A DNA stretch of 63,723 bases, counting the filler, from Collodictyon triciliatum (Eukaryota): NCBI GenBank assembly GCA_043381765.1. It is 9 parts of 9 records of this genome, joined end to end, with 100 filler letters (N's around TTAATTAATTAA, not from the genome) between each part and the next. Parts side by side here need not be neighbours in the genome. Positions count along the whole stretch, not along the records: positions 9,296 to 18,375 come from JBHJMP010003126.1; positions 18,476 to 27,639 come from JBHJMP010003127.1; 7 more parts are not named here. One strand, given 5' to 3'. The position numbers were made by a program, and so were the translations under genes. A model generated the notes under the pieces. That model saw only the letters and a program-made list of their open reading frames with translations, did no database searches and was not told the origin of the DNA. How positions within the stretch are numbered: the first letter of the stretch is position 1; each line of letters starts with the position of its first letter. This document shows, piece by piece, positions 13,067 through 25,911 of this stretch.

Positions 13067-16000
13067 TTAAGCTGTGGCTTTCTGTCTCCATTCAGCTGCT
13101 TTCTCGGTGTCCTTTCCAACACCCCATCCATTCTCATAGCACTCAGCAACAATAGAAACAGCTTGTGGATGTTTGTGTTTTTCACCAATTTTGTCTCCCC
13201 ATGTCTTGTATGTCAGAATGTCTTCCTTCATTCCGGCCATTTCCTTCAAAAAATTGAATGCCTCCTTTGAACCCTGTTGAACCAGTTCCTTCAGTTTTTC
13301 AAAGTCTAATGATAATTTCAAAGGAGCGATAACTTTCCAAAATTGAGCTCTCTCATTGTCCTTCTCAACACCCCATCCGTTTTCATAGCACTCAGCCATC
13401 ATCTGAGCCTGGAACTTAGTGAGCTTACCCTGCTCACAATAGACAGCAAAGTCCGCATCAAAGGAAGCAGCACCGATTGAAAGTAGGAGGGATTTGTTTA
13501 GTTGACTTAATCCTGTGACATTTCTGATTTGGATGTTTCCACCTTGCAGCTTTCTTGGGCCGATAATCTGGACTGTCTTTGCATCTTGGATTCTGTTGGT
13601 GTCAATCATGTTCATCGCGTCACTTGTTCTGTTGAATACTGCGATGACTTCCTCAGGCTTTTCTTTCTTGACGAGGTATTTTCCTTGGGTGTAAGTCACT
13701 TCTGATTTTTGCAGACTGTGTGTTTGGTTTCCTGTGGCTACATCCCAAATAATTATTGTTTTATCACCACTTCCAGAAGCCAGCCAATTTTCATCATTCG
13801 GTCCTTGAATATTGCAAATACAAATTAATTCGCTTGTGTGACCCTCTAATGTTTTGGTATGATTTCCAGTGGCTATATCCCAAACACGTATTGTTTTATC
13901 ACGACTTCCAGAAGCCAACCATTTTTCACCATTCGGCCCTTGAATACTGCAAACACTCTTGACACCTTCTGTATGTCCTTCTAATGTTTTGATTTGGTAT
14001 CCTGAGGCTACATCCCAAACACGTATTGTTTTATCTTGACTTCCAGAAGCCAACCATTTTTCACCATTCGGCCCTTGAATACTGCAAACACTCCTGATAC
14101 CACCCCAATGACCTTCTAATGTTTTGATTTGGTTTCCTGTGACTACATCCCAAATACGTATTGTTTTATCATTGCTTCCAGATACCAGCCAATTTTCACC
14201 ATTTGGTCCTTGAATACTGCAAACACTAGTGACAAAATCTGTATGACCTTTTAATGTTTTGATTTGGTGTCCTGTGACTACATCCCAAATACGTATTGTT
14301 TTATCATAACTTCCTGAAGCCAGCCAATTTTCACCATTCAGTCCTTGAATGCTGCAAACACAATTGACACCGTCTGTATGTCCTTCTAATGTTTTGATTT
14401 GGTTTCCTGTGGCTACATCCCAAATATGTATTGTTTTATCATCGCTTCCAGATGCCAGCCAATTTTCACCATTAGGTCCTTGAATACTGCAAACACTGAT
14501 GACACCGTATGTATGATCTTCTAATGTTTTGATTTGATTCCCTGTGGCTACATCCCAAATACTTATTGTTTTATCAAGACTTCCAGAAGCCAGCCACTTT
14601 TCACCATTAGGTCCTTGAATAGTGCAAACACAATTGACACCGTCTGTATGTCCTTCTAATGTTTTGATTTGGTTTCCTGTGGTTACATCCCAAATACGCA
14701 TTGTTTTATCTTCACTCCCAGAAGCCAACCAACTTTCACCATTCGGTCCTTGAATAGTGCAAACACTTCTGACACCGTCTGTATGTCCTTCTAATGTTTT
14801 GATTTGGTTTCCTGTGGCTACATCCCAAATACGTATTGTTTTATCCCGACTTCCGGAAGCCAACCAACTTTCACCATTCGGTCCTTGAATAGTGCAAACA
14901 CTTCTGACATAACCTGTGTGTCCTTCTAGTTTATCATGAGGAATTCCAAATTTCACATTATTCATATTCGCATTATCAAAAACACAGTCACCAAGCATCG
15001 AATTCGTGAAATCAACACCATCCAAGTTGGCACCAGTGAGATTTGCACCATCAAGGATTGAGTTATTGAGATTTGCATGTGGAATTTTGATGTTTGATAA
15101 ATCCATTCCACCAAGCGAAAAATTCATGAAATTCAAAAGTGTGATTGCATCAGATGCAGCCTTTGATTTGCTCTCATCAGTCTTTGACATATAGACAATT
15201 CTGAATAACGATGCAATAATTTGCTCACGATTCCATTCCTCATCTAGTTTTGTATCATCAAGAGTTTCACAGATGAATTCCTTGACTCTTGTTAACTCGA
15301 CAGGCTCTTTGAAGATTCCGATTTCTTTTGAATGGACGGACAAGTATTCGCACGAATTTAATGTTCTGGAGTGAATCCATCCGACTTTATCAGCAAATCT
15401 GTCTCTCATCTCAGTCCAGAATGCCATTGCTTCCTTGTGCTGCTTCAGTTCCTTGTAAGTCTTGTCTGCATTCTCACAAGCCACCCAGCAGTCCCAGTTT
15501 TCATAGGACTTTTCATCATGTCTGACAGCAGCTGTTTTGTAAAGCCGAATGACGGCTTCATGCTCTTTCTTGTCCTTCATGAGTTCCGCAATCCTTGTAC
15601 ATTGTGAACCATCTTTCAGTGACATGATTGTCTTAGTCTTCTTTCTGATAGCAGCTGCCTTCTGGAAGCAATCAACACATTGAGCAGAACTAGGTGCATG
15701 TAGATTAGTGAATATATATGTATTGTTTTTTATAACTATTAATAATAATATTCGATTTCTTTTAATATAAAGAAAAAAACCTTTGAAGCTCAAAGTTTGT
15801 TCGGCCAACATTCTCAAGGGAAGTCGCATAATCTGCATGCTTTTCGCCCAGTGTTCTCATGCGAATATCCAGCGTCTTTGTATAGGCCTCCAAAGCACCC
15901 TTAAAGCTAAGATAATTAGAGTAAATAAATTAATCTTTTCAATTAAAAATATGTAATAATTAATAAAAAGAGATACTCTTTCAAATCATGGCTGATGTCT

Positions 16001-18375
16001 CCAATCATTTCATAGCAAGCTACAACATTCGGATGATTTTCACCCAGAGCAGACATGAAAATATCCAGCGATTGCTTTAATGAGGACAAGGCCTCAGTTT
16101 TCCTATATAAGATAGTCATTGATATTTATTAATTTAGTTAGAATAATTGTATATAAAAATCTTCACCCCAAATAGGATACAAATGAAATACATAAAGCCA
16201 CGTTCATCTTTAAAAAATTGAAGGAAAGGAAAGTATTGCATGTAAATATCTGTAATTTAGAAATTCCAAACTTTCCACTGGCAAGATGAACACTCGCAAT
16301 GAACTGGATTGTCGAGGCAACAGATGCATGCTTGGCTCCAAGCGATTTTTCAAGGATAGATTTCGCCTTTTCGAAGTTTTCAATAGACTCTTCATACCTT
16401 GGTGATTCAATCATATTAATATTTCTCAAAAATATCACAACTGTATTTAAAATAAGCTTTAATCGAATAACTATATGCTACTTTTTCCCAGCCAGAGAGA
16501 CATGGCCATAGTTCTGGTACGATGTTGCGACAAGAGGATGCTCGCTTCCGACTTTCTTTTGGCGGATTTCCATGGCCTTTTTGTATTCAGCCAGAGCTTG
16601 CTCATTCCTATCGTAAAAAATTCATCAGCATACTTATATATTTACAGAAATAAAGGCAGGATATTAACGTCGAGTATATATGAATCAATTATTACTTTGA
16701 CTGCTTCACGTAGATGTCTCCGAAGCGGTCATGTGATTGGGCCACTTGCAAGTCGTTCTCGCCCAATTGTTTGATTCTCAATTCCAGTGATATCTTGTAT
16801 TCACCAAGAGCTTCATCAATTCTATTTCATAAGAAAAATCAGAATAATTCCTTTTTGAAACATTATTCATAATTTATTTTACAATTGAAAGAGAGCCTTA
16901 CTTGTCTTGTTGCTGGTAGATAATTCCCATCTCTTCATGAATGGTAGCGATACGCAGCAAATCATCTGCATTTTTCTCAACGACGTCGAGACATTTCTTG
17001 TAGTAGACCATGGACTGAGCCCAGCTGTTTAATTTTTATTTTATTTTAGAAAAGTTGCCATTATAAATAATCATAATTTCATGTCTTAATTAACAATCAT
17101 TAACGTTTTTTATTTTTATTTTTTTACTTTTGGAGGTTCTTGTAGACACGACCAAGATTCAGGTAATCAACAGCCTTCTCATCTGTAATTTGATAGATTA
17201 TTGAATATCTCCATATATAACTCATATTCATGACATAAATTCATCAAAAAGACAATAAATTGCATACCTTCTGTCTGATGCTTTCCAAGACGCACATTCA
17301 GAACAGACAACAAGAACGAATTCTCAAAAGACTCCAAGAAAAATCCAACAAGCAGGTCTCCCACATTATCCAAAGACTGAAAAAAACAAAATTAATAGAT
17401 AAATCATGATTCATAATTATACTTGTGAGTAGTCACCTTCAAAAAGTACAATAATTAATAAAATTACCTTAGCCAAGCTTCCATAAGCATCCTTGTAGTT
17501 CGCCGCTCCACTTGCGTTGATTGCTCTCCAGCATGTAAAGAACTCGTAGCGATAGCGACCGCCAAGCATGATGGTGATAACCTATGAAATATTTAAAAAA
17601 ATAAGTGAATGACATTTCATTATGAGTGAAAACAATTAAATAAAAATAAAGAAATTACATGTTTTTGCCTCATGTATTCGACAAGCAGGTCAAACGAACT
17701 GCCCTTCAGAAGCTGGTAGCATATTTCAGCAGCAAGCTCCTCATCCGCGTCAGAAGCCTCAGAATACTGGCCAAACAGCCATTTTCCGTATTTTTCGTGC
17801 GTTTTTTCCATCTCTTTCCCTTCGGAGAAATAAACCTTTTCAGTGGTCTCCAGCAGCAGCTGGTGGAAGTACATGTATCTATGATAGATAATAATTAGCT
17901 TTATATCCAAATCAAATAAAACCAAAAACACAGATTACCGAAAGAAAAGACTGAGAAATAACACCAACCTTCCATTGCGAACGAAAAGCGACTCGATGAG
18001 GGTAAAGAAGAAGGATTTCCTATTTTAATGAATAAAAGATAAGTTAAATAAGAAAAGAAAATGAGAAAGGGTAAACCTATTAATTCTGTTAAAATTCAAG
18101 AGTAAGCAAACCATTCAGCAAGCTCGAATCCTGTGCCAATCGCGTCTTTCATGTAATTGTCCAGGTCACCTTCACTCAGGCCGATGCGGGAAACAAATAG
18201 AACCTTCATCGAGAGGGAGACATACTCGACCTTCATTGTCTCTTTTCCACCAATTGTGGACACTGTAATAAAAAAAAACAATCAACAAAAATTGCTATTA
18301 TAATTTGCACATTTTATTTTTATGAAATATGTACAATCAATACTCACCTTTCCTGTCAAACTTCAGTTGCCAGCG
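13067..18375 (-). CDS. TPR + pentapeptide repeat + WD40 repeat + Sel1-like repeat protein; probable STAND/NACHT-type, N-terminus cut by gap
   Basis: Small exons at 15.8-18.4 kb encode a winged-helix-like region (FVSRIGLSEGDL, YMYFHQLLLE) and kinesin-light-chain-type TPRs (LGENDLQVAQSH, GSEHPLVATSY, LGAKHASVASTI, LGEKHADYATSL). Terminal exon 13067-15689 encodes pentapeptides (ANLNNSILDGANLTGANLDGVDF), 9 WD40 repeats and two AECYENGWGV Sel1-like motifs. Confidence 0.88.
13720..14930 (-). repeat. Coding tandem array of nine 135-bp (45-aa) WD40 repeats
   Basis: The (c)atcccaaa anchor recurs every 135 nt from 13741 to 14821. Unit consensus LEGHTxxVxSVCxIQGPNGExWLASGSxDKTIRIWDVATGNQIKT. Confidence 0.97.
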
Positions 18376-18475
18376 NNNNNNNNNNNNNNNNNNNNNNNNN
18401 NNNNNNNNNNNNNNNNNNNTTAATTAATTAANNNNNNNNNNNNNNNNNNNNNNNNNNNNNNNNNNNNNNNNNNNN

Positions 18476-18580
18476 TGATTGTGTGTTTGATTGTGTGTTT
18501 GATTGTGTGTTTGATTGTGTGTTTGATTGTGTGTTTGATTGTGTGTTTGATTGTGTGTTTGATTGTGTGTTTGATTGTGT
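18476..18580. repeat. 12-bp minisatellite (TGATTGTGTGTT)n, intronic
   Basis: About 8-9 perfect tandem units next to a gap. Confidence 0.95.
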
Positions 18581-18601
18581 TCAGTAAGTTGTAGAAAGTA
18601 C

Positions 18602-20756
18602 CAGGCGTTTGTCAAACATGTACTTCAAGCCCTCCTGGACGAGCTGATGAGCACGGCAGATGAGCTTGAGATTGTTCGTGTAGCAGAACTGTATTTTTTT
18701 CCAAGAAAAAATAAAGAAATATACACTTCGATGAGAAGGCTTGGATAGGCAGGATATAAGAAGGAGAAAACTTGGAGATTTCGGAACGCATGGATTCTAG
18801 AGTTGTTGTAGTGGTATGTATGTCCTTTATAAAAAAAAAATGACAAAATACGAAAGAATATATTATGATGTTTCGTCAGTCTTTAATCAAGCAGTGCAAG
18901 GTAATTACCTCTTCAGTTACTTTGGCACCGAAAATCCACCCAGCACCGCGAGGGCTAAAGAAGGAGGAAGGTTGAGCTTGACGTATTTGGATTAAAAATA
19001 AACCGGGAATAACTTCGGCAATCCTCATCCCTTCTATCTTAACTTGATAACCAGATGATATCATATGACATGGGATGGGTGACAGGCGATGGTTTTAACT
19101 AGGGAAAGGGACAAAGACGCTCAAACCTCATGGCCCATGACTCGATGTCTTCAGGATCGGACCACATGAGGTCTTCAGTAGACAAATAGGGTTGGTTAAT
19201 AAGCAGATGAATTATTCAAGCATCCAGTTGCAAATCATTTTGTAAATGAACTTGTCAAAGAAAATAATGAAATACCGCAGAAGGGTCCTTCGTGTGGAAT
19301 TTCGACATTCCTAGTAATAGTTCTGATTTGGTCGATGGTGCGGAGGTCTGGCAGTAACTTTGTGAGTTTAGAACTGCAAGAAAACTGCCTCATATATAGC
19401 TGCTGCCTTGGGTACTAAAATAATTCTCCCCTTCATAGTGGTGTAGCTGAGAATCAAGAGCTTACCAGGGGAGAGTCCACCATGTACACAGAAAATTCCA
19501 CCGTCAACGATCTAGTCGTGTATCATACAGAATATAGAATTAATGTCGTGGAGTATATATGTGGTATTGATAAGTCACTGGGAAGAAAAAATGGGAAGGG
19601 AAGGGAAAGACATAGCTAAACTTACAGCACCGAGCGTCAAGAGATCGAATACTTCTGTGCACCACTTCCAGGCGTTAGCGTTGCCGTACTTGGACTGGCA
19701 TTCATCGTAGAAACCGTACACTTGAGTGATTTGACGGCACTCGTGATTTCCTCGCAGAAGAGTGACGTGATCGGGGTACCTTTAGGTTATTTGATATGAG
19801 ACTATCCGCATAGGTAAAAGCTAGTTGTGTGCTATCAAAAAAACTGCGAATTCAACGTTTCGAATGAGGGAGGGAGAGAGAGAGTATGACATTGAGTGAT
19901 AAGATGACTAAATGTTTAATTCTAGCTTAGGAATGCCACAAACTTGACTTTGTACGCAAGGAGAAGGGAAAAGGTTTCCAGAGAGTAGTAACCGCGATCG
20001 ACATAATCTCCCTATTAAATAAAAAGGACATCATACAGTGCATGATATCGAATGCATGCACTATGCACAGAATATTGTAATGAATCACATATTATAAAAA
20101 GAAAAGGATAATACGGCTAGTCTTTCAGGTTGACTTAAACAGGTGCATGTTGAGGTATAAAAAAAAATGTGACAATGAAAGCCCATGAAAGGAGGGAAAA
20201 TAAGCAGTACGTTCGACAAAGATGGTTACCATGAAGATGTATTTAGAGTTTTCGGGCTCTCCGCCGTGCTTAAAGAGCTCCAGGAGGTCCCAGAATTGAC
20301 CGTGGATGTCTCCGCAGATCGTCACTGGTGCGCTGACTGGCTGCACATTTGACTCTTCCAAAAGAAGCTCCTTCACCTACACAGTCGAAGTGCAAAATAA
20401 CTGTGAGTTGGACTCTTTTTTTTTCTTTTTTTTTTTTTGTTGATGTTTGTTTTTTCGCCTCTGAAAGATGTGGGAGCTGTAGTTTACACATAGAGAGCTA
20501 ATTGTAATAATGTTCGAAATAGAGGAGCTGGAGGGATGAGGGTTGCACATTAGAAGTAAAAGACTAGCCGGGTAAAGGAAGTCGCTAGGAGAAGAATATC
20601 AGGAGAACGAAGAGGTAAAGTATATGGTATTCTGATTTCCTAGTCGGATGGCTATGTCCTATTCTAACTTACACTTTCACAGAGCTTTTTCAGATCACGC
20701 TCAGGCAAACTCTTGCATTCGCGAAGGTGTGCGATCCACTTGTCAACTTCAGCCAT
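18602..20756 (-). CDS. PPP6C: Ser/Thr protein phosphatase 6 catalytic subunit (PP6/Sit4 type), multi-exon; 3' end cut by gap
   Basis: ATG at 20756, [11 protein letters not shown] motifs GDIHGQF, GDYVDRG, LLRGNHE, HGGLSP, DLMWSDP. PP6-type [26 protein letters not shown] and [16 protein letters not shown]. Confidence 0.93.
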
Positions 20757-21790
20757 ATAAAGTCTGCTTTTCGACGCTCTCTGATCTTTCAAAAACTGAG
20801 GAGTTCNNNNNNNNNNNNNNNNNNNNNNNNNNNNNNNNNNNNNNNNNNNNNNNNNNNNNNNNNNNNNNNNNNNNNNNNNNNNNNNNNNNNNNNNNNNNNN
20901 NNNNNNNNNNNNNNNNNNNNNNNNNNNNNNNNNNNNNNNNNNNNNNNNNNNNNNNNNNNNNNNNNNNNNNNNNNNNNNNNNNNNNNNNNNNNNNNNNNNN
21001 NNNNNNNNNNNNNNNNNNNNNNNNNNNNNNNNNNNNNNNNNNNNNNNNNNNNNNNNNNNNNNNNNNNNNNNNNNNNNNNNNNNNNNNNNNNNNNNNNNNN
21101 NNNNNNNNNNNNNNNNNNNNNNNNNNNNNNNNNNNNNNNNNNNNNNNNNNNNNNNNNNNNNNNNNNNNNNNNNNNNNNNNNNNNNNNNNNNNNNNNNNNN
21201 NNNNNNNNNNNNNNNNNNNNNNNNNNNNNNNNNNNNNNNNNNNNNNNNNNNNNNNNNNNNNNNNNNNNNNNNNNNNNNNNNNNNNNNNNNNNNNNNNNNN
21301 NNNNNNNNNNNNNNNNNNNNNNNNNNNNNNNNNNNNNNNNNNNNNNNNNNNNNNNNNNNNNNNNNNNNNNNNNNNNNNNNNNNNNNNNNNNNNNNNNNNN
21401 NNNNNNNNNNNNNNNNNNNNNNNNNNNNNNNNNNNNNNNNNNNNNNNNNNNNNNNNNNNNNNNNNNNNNNNNNNNNNNNNNNNNNNNNNNNNNNNNNNNN
21501 NNNNNNNNNNNNNNNNNNNNNNNNNNNNNNNAAAAAATATTGATCAATCTTCTTCACTAAGAAATCTAAGCACCACACGAAAGAGAAAAGGAGGGAGGAG
21601 AGAGAGAAGAGAGGAGAGAGAGAAGAGAGGAGAGGAGAGAGAGAGGAAGATCGCCCCACAGGATAAACAGCGCGTGTCCCACTCTTTGCCGTTGCGCAGC
21701 GAGTGGTCGAGAGACACTCCTTCTCTTCAGTGGTGTGCCTTAAGAGTCTTGGCTCCACTGTCTCTTAGACGCAAGGATGCCTGCCTCATG

Positions 21791-24700
21791 CTATCGTCTT
21801 GAGACCCGGCTTCGCTCCGGCAACGTGGCTTCTTGTGCCGCGTGGATCTTTGGATTACTTGCTCGGTTGGCCTCGCAGTGATCTTCCTTGCCCACTTTCC
21901 CGTGGCTTCGAACAAGAGCGAGAGATTGCAGACAAGACAGGGTGATTTTTGAAAAAGAAGAAACCATACGCAGAAAGTGCCTTGTTAAAGGTTTTTTTCC
22001 AGAGGAAAAGCCTTTTTCGATTTGGAATTGATGTCAACAATAGGTGTGGTTGTGGTTCCTGCTTGAAGGAAAATACACTTGAGGTACAATTGTGAATCAT
22101 GTGATTAGTAATGTTCCTGCCGTATGGTAGGCCATTCCTTTCCCTGTCTCAAGACCATATTAATTATGTATAATATACAATATTATATATATAATATAGG
22201 TACATTAAAATCATAAATAGTTTATAGTGAAAATTTTGTCTTATATTATATAAATTCCAAATTTGGATAAACCAACAAGGCATGAATATTCCCTAGATCA
22301 CCTCCCACGCAAAGGCCGCGGTTCTGTGGCTAAGCGCCCACGATTTTCTAACAGCGGCAGTTTTTTCTTGTCTCGTACAATACACAAATTTGAATTACCT
22401 GCTAGTGCTTTGAGTAAGCTGATTTTTATTTCTTCAAGTCAGGTAGGATAAAATAGGAACAGAGAGAAAGAGAAAAAAGAGGATAAAGTAATAGGCGAGG
22501 TATGAATGAGAATGACAAAGAAAATCAAGATTTTGGGGTTTCTGCTTCGTGTCTCTTTTTCGATTCGGATTCATCACGCTCAAAATCTTGCAAGACGATA
22601 ATATCTTTAAGAGATTCTTTAACCCTTGTATCAGACAAGAGTCTTTCCAAACACTGCAAAACAGCGAATTTGTCAGGTTAGGAGGGGTGTTTAGCCATCA
22701 AATATTTCACTTTTTTTTAAATGATACACGTTCTGTGGTTAATGTTACTAAATCGGAGGATTTACCAATGCGCGATTTTCTGGGGTAAGGTCGTACACTG
22801 TGACAGAATTTACGTGTGAAATCTGGAGACAAAAATTATAATTTTGAGATAAATATTAGAACAATATGCAATACTTATATATATATATATATAAATCATC
22901 CTTGAAAAATGGAACATATAAATATTAGAAAACTAAGAAGCATAGTGATGAAAAAAGCATAACAGACCCTTGGTGTGGAATAAGACTTTGCACTATCTGG
23001 CCTTGTGCTTTGAAGCTCAACCTATTTGTAGATAAAAGCACATTCAATTGATCTTCATAATAGATTCAAATATACTGCTAATGCAGTATATAGTGACACG
23101 TCTATCCATTACTACATAACTTTGAATCAAATTAAGAAAAAATCTTTTAGTATATAGCAGTGCTGACATCTAATTCCTGTCTTCTTAGGTGCTTTGTACA
23201 CTCAAGCTCCTCCAATATGGAAGTGAATAGGGAATTGCGTAGATTTAGTTCCTTTTCTATGCCCTGTTGTATCTCCCTTTTATAGAAAGAAATATCATAT
23301 TAAGGTAAAAAAGAAAAAAGAAAGAAAAAAGAAAGAAAAAAGAAAGAAAAAAGAAAGAAAAAAGAAAGAAAAAAGAAAGAAAAAAGAAAGAAAAAAGAAA
23401 GAAAAAAGAAAAAATAGGAGAAAGAAGGAAAAAGAAGGAAAAAGGAAGAAAGAAAAGAGCACCATTTAATACTATGTTTTCGCCATTTAATTCGATTCAA
23501 TGGAACAGGGTATTTAATTTTATAATTTTTTATGTATGTTGTAGTTGGAGTAAACATTACTTAATCTGGTCCATTATTTTGTCTAATAGATGCCTAAGAC
23601 GACGTACTTCATCTTGGAAATGTTTTTCCGGTTCTATTTTAAATGCAAAGAGTGAGCAGAACACAACATCAAAAAAGTTTTTTTTTTTTAAAAAAAAGTC
23701 ATAATTTAATTGCGACTGGTTTTTCCCTTTACCAATAGGATATCTCGGTGACATGGGAACCTCCAGCATATTTGCTGGGTATGGTAGCTTCATATTCTTG
23801 TACATGATTTCCTTGGCCAGCTCAGCTTGACGCTAAATTAGAAAAGAAATAGAAAGAGAAAAAGAAAAAGGAAAAAGAAAAAGGAAAAAGAAAAGACAAC
23901 AAAAATCATGTTAGAAATTAAAACCAATAAATTGGTACAAATATCCCACTGTATCACCTTTAACCTAGTTTTTTTTATACATCTTATGGATAATGTAATT
24001 TCCATGACAATTAACTGATTTTGTAATCCAAATTGAAAATATGACTTCAAAAGTATGCTTACCCGAATCCCAGGACCGCTTACTGAGTACGACGACGTGG
24101 TGTACAACTCTTTCATTCGTGCGTTTTCTCTTTTGACAGTGAGAAGTTCTTTGCTCTGTTGGATTATTTCACTCTTTGCCCTAAAATTTATTCAAATGTA
24201 AAGTAAAACACAAAATACACTGCGTGTTCACAAGAAAAAACCAATATGTTCACTATGAGGGGCTTATATCATGATTGGTTACATGTCAAATTGTTGTTGC
24301 AATTGACCTCGGTGGTGACTAAGCTGAATAGATGATATCGATAAGTTGTAAAGTTTCAGTACAAAATCACCAGTCTGGAATAAATTATCACTAGACGTGA
24401 TTATTAATTTAATTTTGCTTCAAATATCTTTTGCTAGCTTTAACTGACCTCTTCAAGACTAGATTTTGCATTGAGAATGTCTACATCATATTTCCCTCTC
24501 CTTTCGGATAATCTTTTGTATTCCTCTTCGTACAAGCTGATAATCTCCTTTTTTTGGGCCTCAAGGGCCTCTTTATCCCTCTTTGCTTGTTCAAATCCGT
24601 TCTGAAGATCTTTACCAAGAATAGGCTCTAATGTCGATTTGGAAAATTCATAAGTAGCACATTGTCCATATTTGCACATTTATCACAGCCATCACATAAT

Positions 24701-25880
24701 ATCGCAACTAAAATAAAGTCGTAAGAATTAATTTTTTTTGAAAAAAATGATAAAAAAATCGAAGTTGTAGTTACGAATAGCCTTTTGTGAGATTTCTTCG
24801 TGAATGGTTGCTATTCTGGTTACTATGGCTCCATTAACTTTCCGTAATTCTGCAACTTTGGCGGCTATTGGACAATATTTGGGATGTATTTTATGTTTAT
24901 TCTCACCATGTAATTAGAAACAAAATAAAGATATTAGCCACTCATCATTTTTATGTAATCGACCTCATCCCTCCTTTTTTCCTTAAGAAAGATCTATACT
25001 TTTCATTTTACAGAAATTGGATTGAAGATAAATGAAAATACTGACCTTCTTTAGTAAATGCGGCGTTGCTTTTGGTCTTTGCAATTTGTAACTAAGAAAT
25101 TTAACTTTATCAAAAATATGTATGACGAAATACAGAAAGTGTGATTGTCATTTTCAACCAAAGTAAATATCTCAATAACCTCATCAGCCAGCTTAGCAAT
25201 ATCATCGCGAGCTAGCTTCTCTCTCTTCATAAACTCAACCTAAATCATTCAAAAATATTGATCAGCTCAAGAGGAACAAAACATTTTAAAAACTGTTTAC
25301 AAGGAGACGTGTAAATATAGACCATGATTCTCTCCCCTTCCATTCTTTTCAAGTTGTTCTCATGAGTCAATTCAGCGCATTGAGACTCTAATTCATGCAT
25401 CATTTCGTTTATGACGATAGTGGACTCTTTCCATTTTTTCTAAATGTGATGTTAAGATGTCACCCAAATACCCTTTCTATTCCTACCGTTGCAAGCACGG
25501 ATAAAAACAGGGATGTGAAATATTAGTGTTACACTGTTCATCAACGACCTTGTTACTTCTACCATCGAATTCAGCTTCGACATTCCCTAATTCAATAAAT
25601 AAAATAATCATAAAAATAGGTGATGTAAATGCAGCGTTAAAACTAGGAATGCACGTGTCAGTAATTGAATTAAAATGAATTATTCCTATGATTTACAATA
25701 AATTTCGCACTCATAAATAATGGGAAAATAGGTTGAGAATAAATTGCTCATTCAAAGTAAATAAAATATTTTAAAGCTGGAATTACTGGTGCCACAGGCT
25801 CATGTGCTTCTGAAGGAATACTTGGGGCGCTATGGCAACATTTAGATTTAACAGGGAAAATAAAGGATGGCTAGCTTGTA

Positions 25881-25911
<31 letters not shown>

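Noticed and set aside
13720-14930. DGR-type or CRISPR-like interpretation of the 135-bp array
   Set aside because: The array is in-frame coding with no spacers, the variation is not adenine-specific, and no template repeat or DGR RT is visible.
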